From the human T2T-CHM13v2.0 reference genome, Homo sapiens, in NCBI RefSeq assembly GCF_009914755.1, contig NC_060926.1: a DNA stretch of 64,000 bases; one strand, given 5' to 3'. Below are positions 55,941-64,000 of the stretch, one piece after another (within the stretch, counting starts at the first letter, position 1; each line of letters opens with the position of its first letter). The notes below the pieces were generated by a model. It did not search any database and was not told where the DNA came from. It saw nothing but the letters and a program-made list of their open reading frames with translations. Both the position numbers and the translations under genes were made by a program.

Positions 55941-57155
55941 GATCACTCTGAAGATCTACTTTTTAGGGAAATGTCACATAATCACCACTTTCCTCCTTTC
56001 TGTCAAAATATCTCCCCCATCCAGGCACTGGGTGCCTTAAGATGCCACCCCTCACTCACTCCCCTCGGCGCACTCCTTCCCTCAGGTCCCAGCCTTTCTT
56101 GGCGGCTCCTCCTTCCTGTCCCATGTGACAGCACAACTCCTTTATCTCCAATCCAGTTCACCCCAGCAGCTGGTCACCAATATTTGTTGAATGAGCTCTG
56201 CAGGGGGTGGGGAAGAGGAGGTGCCCTCCAAGAACCTCGCCTAGCTCCTTCCCCTGCTCCCCGTCCAGCCACAAGACTTCCTATTTGACCTTGGTTTTCC
56301 AAATTTCCTGCAGTCTCAGTGGTAACCTTTCCACTCCTCCCTGGCCCCACCACAAGCAGCCAACCAGAGACTGGCAATTGGTGGACCCGTGGAAGGGATC
56401 CATGAAGGGACCCATGGAAGGTCCAGGAAACACAGAATAGAGGAGAGGACACACCTTTGGCCAGTTACTTGTTTCAAACTCATGGTATATTAATACTTAG
56501 AAAAATCTTTTAAGCATCCAATAACACTATTTTGATCATTCAATGGATGCCCCTCATGACCAACATACCCACACACTAAGAAAATCATGCATGGCATAAA
56601 TAAAGCATGGGGTCTTGAAGAGCTTGCCTTCTGGTGAGGAAGATGGCTGCAGACGAGCCGTGGGGAATGGTACCAAGCTGAGCCACTGGGGCTGGGCAGA
56701 GGGGCACACAGATGCAGTGGGAGCACGGAGGTCCTCAGAGGAGCAATTAGAAAGGCTACTAGCAAAGGGCACATTTGAATAGACCCTTGGAGGAGGAGAC
56801 TCGCCAGACAGAGATGGGGCAGAGGGGTCACAGGCAGCAGGACCCAGGGACCCAGAGACAGGAATCCTTTGTGTGGAAAGAGAAAAAGCCTGGAAAGGTG
56901 GAATAAGAGCGGGCCGTGTGGGTCCCATTTCCCGGAGGGATTCTCTCCTTTACTTCAGCACCGAACCTGTGCTAAGTGATGCTGACATCAAAGCGCACAG
57001 TGGAGCAGCCTCAGGGCCAGGATCAGGGCGATGATTTGAGAGCAGTGAGACCTTGAATGCAGAATTTATGAGGTTTCAAAAAACTCAGTGGTCAAGAGAA
57101 ATCATCTTTCAATGCAATATTTAAGAAATCAAAATTAATGCAAAAATCCATGGCC

Positions 57156-57598
57156 CACTATTCACAATAGTAAAGACATGGAATCAACCCAGGTGACCAT
57201 CAGTGGTGGACTGGAAAAAGAAAATGTGGTACGTGTGCACCATGGAATACTATGCCACCATAAAAAATAAAATCATGTCCTTTGCAGCAACATGAGTGCA
57301 GCTGGAGGCCTTTATCCTAAGCGAATTACCACAGGAACAGAAACCCAAATACCACATGCTCTTACTTACAAGTGGGAGCTAAACACTGAGTACACGTGGA
57401 CACAAAATGGGAACAGTAAACCCTGGGGATACAAAAAGAGGAGAGGGAGGGAGGACAAGGGTTGAAAAACTACCTGTTGGTTACTATGTTTACTACTTGG
57501 GTGCCAGGATCATTAGAAGCCCGAACCTCAGCATCATGCAATATATCCATGCAACAAACCTGCACATGTACCCTCTGAATCTAAAATTTTAAAAAATA
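57156..57598 (+). mobile_element. 5'-truncated L1 3' end (approx. L1PA15-17/L1PB)
   Basis: cactattcacaatagtaaagacatggaatcaacc...gggttgaaaaactacct...aacaaacctgcacatgtaccctctgaatctaaaat; TSD-like aatccatg/aattcatg. Confidence 0.88.
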
Positions 57599-57752
57599 AT
57601 TCATGATCAAGAAAATGCCAAATTTTTAAATAAAGGCAGGATCATACATACATAGAAACAGAGTAGAGTGGCAGTTACAGTGCAGGGGGGATGGGGAACT
57701 GCAGGTCAGAGGGTACTAACAAGTCTAGGGATCCAAGGTACAGCATGAGGAC

Positions 57753-58465
57753 TGTCTGAGTTCATTTGTGTTGCTATAAAGAAATACCTGAGACTGGATA
57801 ATTTTTTTTTCCAGTATATTTGGTTCAGGGTTCTGCAGGCTGGAAGACGAGGTATCTGCATATGCAGAGGGCCTCAGGCTGCTTCCCCTCATGGCGGAGG
57901 GTGAAGGGAAGCCGGTGTGTGCAGAGACCGCATGGTGAGGGAGGAAGCAAGAGAGCAAGACGGTGCCATGCACAGTGGCTCACGCCTGGAATCCCAGCAC
58001 TTCAAGAGGCTGAGGCAGGTGGATTGCTTGAGCCCAGGAGTTCGAGACCAGCCTGGGTAACATGGTGAGACTCAGTCTCTACAAAAAATACAAAAACTAG
58101 CCAGGCATGGTGGCATGCACCTGTAGTCCCAGCTGCTTGGGAGGCTGTGGTGGGAGGATGGCTTCAGCGTGGGAGACAGAGGTTGCAGTGAGCAAGGTTG
58201 TGCCACTGCACTCCAGTCTGGGCCACAGAGCCAGACCCTGTCTCAAAAATTAAGGAAAAAAAAAGAGAGAGAGACAGACAGAGCAAGAGGGGAGGTTCCA
58301 GGCTCTTCTTCACAATCAGCTCTTGCAGGAACTAACAGAGCAAGAACCCATTCATTACTGTAGGATGGCATCAAGCCATTCATGAGGGAGCCATTTCCAG
58401 GACCCAGGAGCCCTTACACTAGGTTCCACCTGCAACACTGGGGGTCAAATTCAACAGGAAGGTAG
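57753..58465 (-). mobile_element. MST (MSTB-like) LTR interrupted by an AluJ
   Basis: tgtgttgctataaagaaatacctgagactgg...gagggcctcaggctgcttcccctcatggcgga...aagccattcatgaggga. Confidence 0.85.
57963..58263 (+). mobile_element. Alu (AluJ)
   Basis: ggattgcttgagcccaggagttcgagacc; dimeric with A tail. Confidence 0.93.
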
Positions 58466-60263
58466 TGGTTTCAACACAAGGCTCATTCACTCCCATCTTG
58501 GTGTCCAGCAAACTCTTCTGTCTACAAATATCTTCTACCTTTTGGAAAGTGAAAACATTTTAAACTTAATACTTCAGTTCAGGAGCTGGAAGCTTGTCTT
58601 CTCACTGAGTACTACTCAACACCCTTTGTCTCTGTTACCTAAGGGCAAGCCATGTGTGTGGGCCAGGGCTGGGCGCCGACCAGGACAGGCTATGGATACC
58701 TGTGCATCCTGCCAGAAGCTCGTGCTAGGCCTCTACAATGGCCAAACGGTGCTGGCCAGAATAACATGGGCTGATCAAAGGAAGGTGTGTGGGGATGAAT
58801 CTGATAGTTAATGGCATTAGTGTACATTTCAAGAAAAAGGGAGGGGGCAACTTGAGTGCTCCCAGGACTTTCTTTAAAGGCGCAGACCAAAACAAGCCAA
58901 GTAGCCGCTGGGCAGGTCCCAGCAGTCAGGGCAGCCGGGCCCTGAGCCCAGGGCCTCCTGGAGAACCGCCCAACATTGACCTGTGAGCAAGGTGCCCTCT
59001 CATCGATCGCTACTGACTCCTTCTTCACTTTTCAAGACAATGATCGTCTGGGATGAAATTTCTTCCTCTTGCATCCTAGCCAAGAAGCAAACTTATTTTC
59101 AGAATTTAAGAAAGATTTTCAAACATCTCCAATTTGAAAAGTTCCAATTTCAAGTAATTTTAAACAAAACTCTCCATGAGCAACTAAATATTTAAAATGT
59201 GTTTTTCCATAAAAGTGAATCAGCTCAGTTCTGCAGGCTGAAAATACAACAAGGAGGATCCGGGTTGCAGAAAGCAGAGGGCCACCTAGACCGTGTCTGA
59301 GAGACGGGGAGAAAGCAGCTGTCTGCTGTGCACCAGAGGCCTCTAGGGACCCCGGCAGCAACCCCGTGGCGGGCCACACTTGGGAGCTGATTTGTTTTCA
59401 GAACCACCAGCTAAGCCACATGAGCCAGGAGCCTGGTTATCCATTCAAAGCCCACAAATGCCTACTGAAGCGGAACTTAGAGGAAAGGTTCAGAGGGAAG
59501 GGTTTCTCTCTTCTCTGACCCTGAAAGAGACCCATTGTAGCCTGAGGGGCTGGATGGAAAGATTTAGACAAAAATCACAAAACAGAGAGGACAAAAGGTC
59601 ACAATCAGTGTCTATGGCATGGTAGAAAGCCTGCTTGCCTCTGAGTCCAGAAAGCTGCACTGGAATCCTGCAACATACCTGCTTATTTCCGAGGTCTACG
59701 CTGAGCCTCAGTGTCTTCCTCAGGACGAGGTTGGGGCTAGTGGAGCACCCTGCCGTGTCCTCCCTCCCAACTTCTGCACGCTGATTCTGGTTCCCTGACT
59801 GTTCCTCCTTTTCCCGCCCGACAAGGTACTCTTCACACAGGGGTCTTGCTACAGAATGAATCCTGCCTTGTTACCCACCTACTCCAAAATCACCACTGGT
59901 CACTCCCTTCGAGAGCTTAGCCTGTCAGAAGCACTCCTGCCCACAGGGTCAGCTCCACACTCCTCAGTCCTTTGGGACGTGGCCTGGCCTGAGGTCCTGG
60001 CCTTAATGCTCATCATAGCAGCCAGACCAGGTGGGCGCAGCTCTTCAATGCCCCCTGCCTGTTCCTGCCTTGCCCTTTCTCTCTGCTTCAACAACCTACC
60101 TAGGCTCAAACTGCCAAGTAAGAGCAATCACCTCCAAAGGCTGTTGTGAGTAAGGAGTGCATAAGGGAAGCCATCTGACGCATTTACCACAGTCCCTGGC
60201 ATGGCCAGTATTATCTGCTTACCTGTCATCACTGTTAGAATTATTATTAGAATTGCCCATCAT

Positions 60264-60586
60264 GGCCAGGCATGGTGGCTCACAATTGCCCATCATGGCC
60301 AGGCATGGTGGCTCACACTTGTTATCCCAGCATTTTGGAAGGCCAAGGCAGACAGATCACTTGAGCCCAGGAACTCAAAGCCTGGGCAACATAGCAAGAC
60401 CCTGTGTCTACAAAAAAATTTAAAAATTAGATGGGCATGGCAGCACATGCCTGTAGCCCCAGCTATTGGGGAGGCTAAGGCAGGAGGATTGCTTTAGCCC
60501 AGAAGGTCAAGCCTGCAGTGAGTTGTGATTGCACCACTGCACTGTAGCCTGGGCAACAGAGTGAGACCCAGTCTCAAAAAAAAAAA
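60264..60586 (+). mobile_element. Alu (AluJ) with a tandemly duplicated 5' end
   Basis: Alu body from 60297; exact 33-bp tandem copy 60251-60283/60284-60316; TSD-like gaattgccca(t/a)ca. Confidence 0.93.
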
Positions 60587-62318
60587 TGAATGAATTGCCC
60601 AACACACCTACCATCTCCTAAGACTCGTCTTCCCCAGGAGGTCTTATCCCATCGCCCATACCAGTGCTCCCCAGGTTGGGTTAGGCCTGGGCCCCAGGCT
60701 TCCTGGCGCCCAAGCTTGCCTCTTATCTTAGGACTCGCCATATTATACTGCAATGTATATATTTGTCATGCCTCACTGACAAATTTATATTTTATCTTTG
60801 TTTCCCATACTACTATCCTAATAGTTACCACTGCATTGATGTTCAAATTTAATGAATAAATGAACACATCTATCCCATAGTGGGCACACAGATGTTAGTC
60901 TACTGTCAAGCCTTTTCTTGAAGATATCTGATGATGATGTTAACTCAGCAGCCTCTTCCCACAGGCTTGGAAGCTCTGATTATCACAATAGTTACTCTTT
61001 ATCCAACCTGTGTCCTCTCTGCTACAGTCTTCACTCATATCATCTGCCTTCAACCTAAAGCAGAGCCCATAGTTGACTGTCACCACCATCCACACCACCT
61101 GGTTGCACTGGCTCTAAGGCTCTCCATCTACCTCAGAACACTGACTGTCTCGCTGCAGCTTGACCCTAACAATTCCCACCAACTTGTTCCGAAATCAGGA
61201 GGGTTTGATTTTCTCTACAAATAATGTCTCATGCATATGCTTTCAGAAAAGAGGCTGGGGTCTGAATTTCCTAGACATGGTTCAGCTGAGCCTCTTGGCT
61301 TCGTTCACTTTCAGTCTATTAGGGACAGTGACATGGGCCAAAACTGCTTCAAAACACTCCTGACGAGCACTCCCTTGCCACTTCGCTTTTCTGGGGTGGA
61401 ATGAGTACTGCAGCAGTTTCGTGCAGAGAAGGACATGAGCAGCCTAATACCTTTTGGAATCCTTGATAACCCCTTGACGATGTTTGTCCATCACCCCCAC
61501 CTCTCCCTCAGTTAAGTGACTCTATTTCCTTAATTTTTCTCCAAAAGATCATTAACTCAGCAAGTGGAAAGAAATGCTCACAACATTGGAGAAGGCAAAG
61601 AATGGGCTGATTCCATCTTAAATGGAGGAAGATGCAGCAGGATTTGTGGGTGGGGTTATTTTCTAGGTGAAGGGAGGGGCTAAACATGAAGATTTTCATT
61701 TGCATGTAAATTTCAGTGATGCATACTGCCCAGAGAAAATGCTCAACTTCTTGATCAATCATGAACTTGCTCTGAAAACGCTGACTTTCATTAGTGATAA
61801 ATCAGAAATTTCAGGGCATCCTAGGAGCACTCCCCAGGAACAAACTTCAAGGAGTGACATTCAAACTAATGAAAATGTGTTTCTCCCTCCCTTTTGAAAT
61901 GGCAGCGATAATACTGAAAATTAAGAACGGCAATGATAGGAGATTTCCAAAAGCAAAGTACCTTTGGGCAATACAACCGCAAAAGATAATCTATAGAAGC
62001 TCAGCCATTCCAACAATTCACACAGTACCTTCGTGCCTGGCAGGTTGCAATTCTGTCTTGCTTTGGCAAATGAGTCAGTCAGAAGCCAGAAAGAAAAGCT
62101 GACTTCTACACCCTGCAGTCTTACAAAGCCAACCAACTAAATCAACAAGGACTAGCTAATGTTTGTACTTTTCTCTCCCTGCTTTTTTGAGCACCACAAA
62201 TTCAAAGCAGCTGTGTGCTTCTCCCCACTCAACCTTTGGCCTATTAGCCAAAGCATATGTAGTCAGCAAACCCGGTGGCTGAGACCTGGCTTTCTCAAGC
62301 CCAACTTAGAGGCTTCTA

Positions 62319-62672
<354 letters not shown>

Positions 62673-64000
62673 TCAATCAAAACGTCATGTCAGCCTTCAC
62701 TCCAGAGAAAGAGGCCTGTTTCTTATGATGTCATGGATACCTATGAATTGTGTATATGTCTTTACACATTTTCCTTTCATTTATGATGAGAGTGAAATAA
62801 CTTCATTTATTCATTCAATGAATTTTAACTAGAACTTCTATGTGCTTGTCCCAGCTAGATGCTGGGAAACAATACAGTGAACAAGAGACATCGGGCTGGA
62901 GGAAGAAGCAGAAATAGCCACAGACACTTATCAGATATTCACCCCCACCCCAACCCCCGCCCCCACCCTGAGCTCAGCCCTGAGCATCTTCCTGCCTCAC
63001 CGGGAATCCACATAGGGCAGGGTAGGAAGATGAAGGAGGAAACAGCCTCTTCTAACTGAAAGGCTCAACCACAAAAGGCTTTGTATAATTAAGTCTTAAG
63101 TGAGAGAACTTCCAGACCGGGTCATGGGGGCCCCAGGTCTGTGGAAAGGCAATGGCCCCGAGGTGAGACAGCTCTGGTGGGTTGGAGGATGAGCTGAGAG
63201 GTCAGGCTGCAGAGGCAAGGGCTGGGCTGGCACTGGAGGGGCTGTCCTCAAGAGCTGGGGAAACCACAGAGAGCGAAAGCCCAGATCTGAGTTTCTGAAA
63301 ACCTGCTCTAGTGACAGATGAAGAAGACGGGACAGGGTTGTGTACTCACTGCTCACCATTCATGATGCAGGGCACGGTGCCAGGCACCGCAAGGAAATGA
63401 GGCCGCAGTGAAAATGGCCTCTGTTCAAACCCACGTGGAGGCAGAGGCCGCGGTCAGCCCCCGGGAGACACTGTGTGCTCCAGAGCAGGTCACCTCACCC
63501 AGACGGAACACGCCTTTCCCCAGTGTGCCCATGACTCTTCATGCCCCAGCTCCCATCCCTGGAAGACCCTGCGAGGTGGCGCCAGGGAAAGGAAAGGGCC
63601 TCCTTCCTTGGAGAAAGAGGAAATTCAAGCAATTCACAGCTATTCAGGAATCAGCTACTCTGTGTGCTCACCGTGGGGACGAGAGGTAAGAAAGACATCT
63701 GATTCAAAGGCATCGCTACAGTGGAGGCAGGAGGAGGTGGCGCCCTAGGATGCTCTGACATTGAACAAAATGTAGCAGCAACAGGGTGATGGGCCACACC
63801 TGTCTGAGGGCAGCAAGAAGACCTTGGGAAGAGGGGAGTGAAGAAACCAAGGAAATCCCAGGGGCTGCAAGTGGGAAGAGGCAGCAGGGGCCCGGAGTAT
63901 ATCGGGGCTGGCAGAGAACAGATGGGACCTGGGAGGGGATGCCCGATGCAGCCTCAGAGGAAGCCTTGGCCGCCTGGGTGAGAATCCTGCCCTCTTCTGA

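Overview
Primate (very likely human) non-coding genomic DNA; no intact protein-coding gene, RNA gene or CRISPR array is supported. The only gene-derived sequence is a disabled processed pseudogene of SNRPE (Sm-E) at 8733-9189 with poly(A) tail and 17-bp TSD, inserted into an old L1. The rest is a typical repeat mosaic: about ten Alus, L1PA/L1MB/ancient L1 pieces, L2, MIR, MaLR LTRs (THE1, MST, MLT1), a MER52 LTR with adjoining ERV1 internal sequence, Tigger3, MER3, MER20, and long TG or TA/TG simple-repeat fields, interleaved with unique sequence that looks enhancer-like. All long ORFs in the supplied track are artefacts of microsatellites, Alus or GC-rich LTR sequence. The most unusual non-TE structures are a 97-bp ~96%-identical inverted repeat around a 260-bp spacer (13274-13727), two non-tandem local duplications (30513/31539 and 36980/38553), an orphan CpG island with a pair of inverted CTCF-like motifs beside an apparently AT-to-GC shifted ERV fragment, and compact GATA, TCF/LEF and homeodomain motif clusters. 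From memory only and unverified, this could be the SNRPEP5 region upstream of ID2 (2p25.1). I found no evidence of a new gene-encoded system. Repeat subfamily names come from recalled consensus sequences and their boundaries are approximate.
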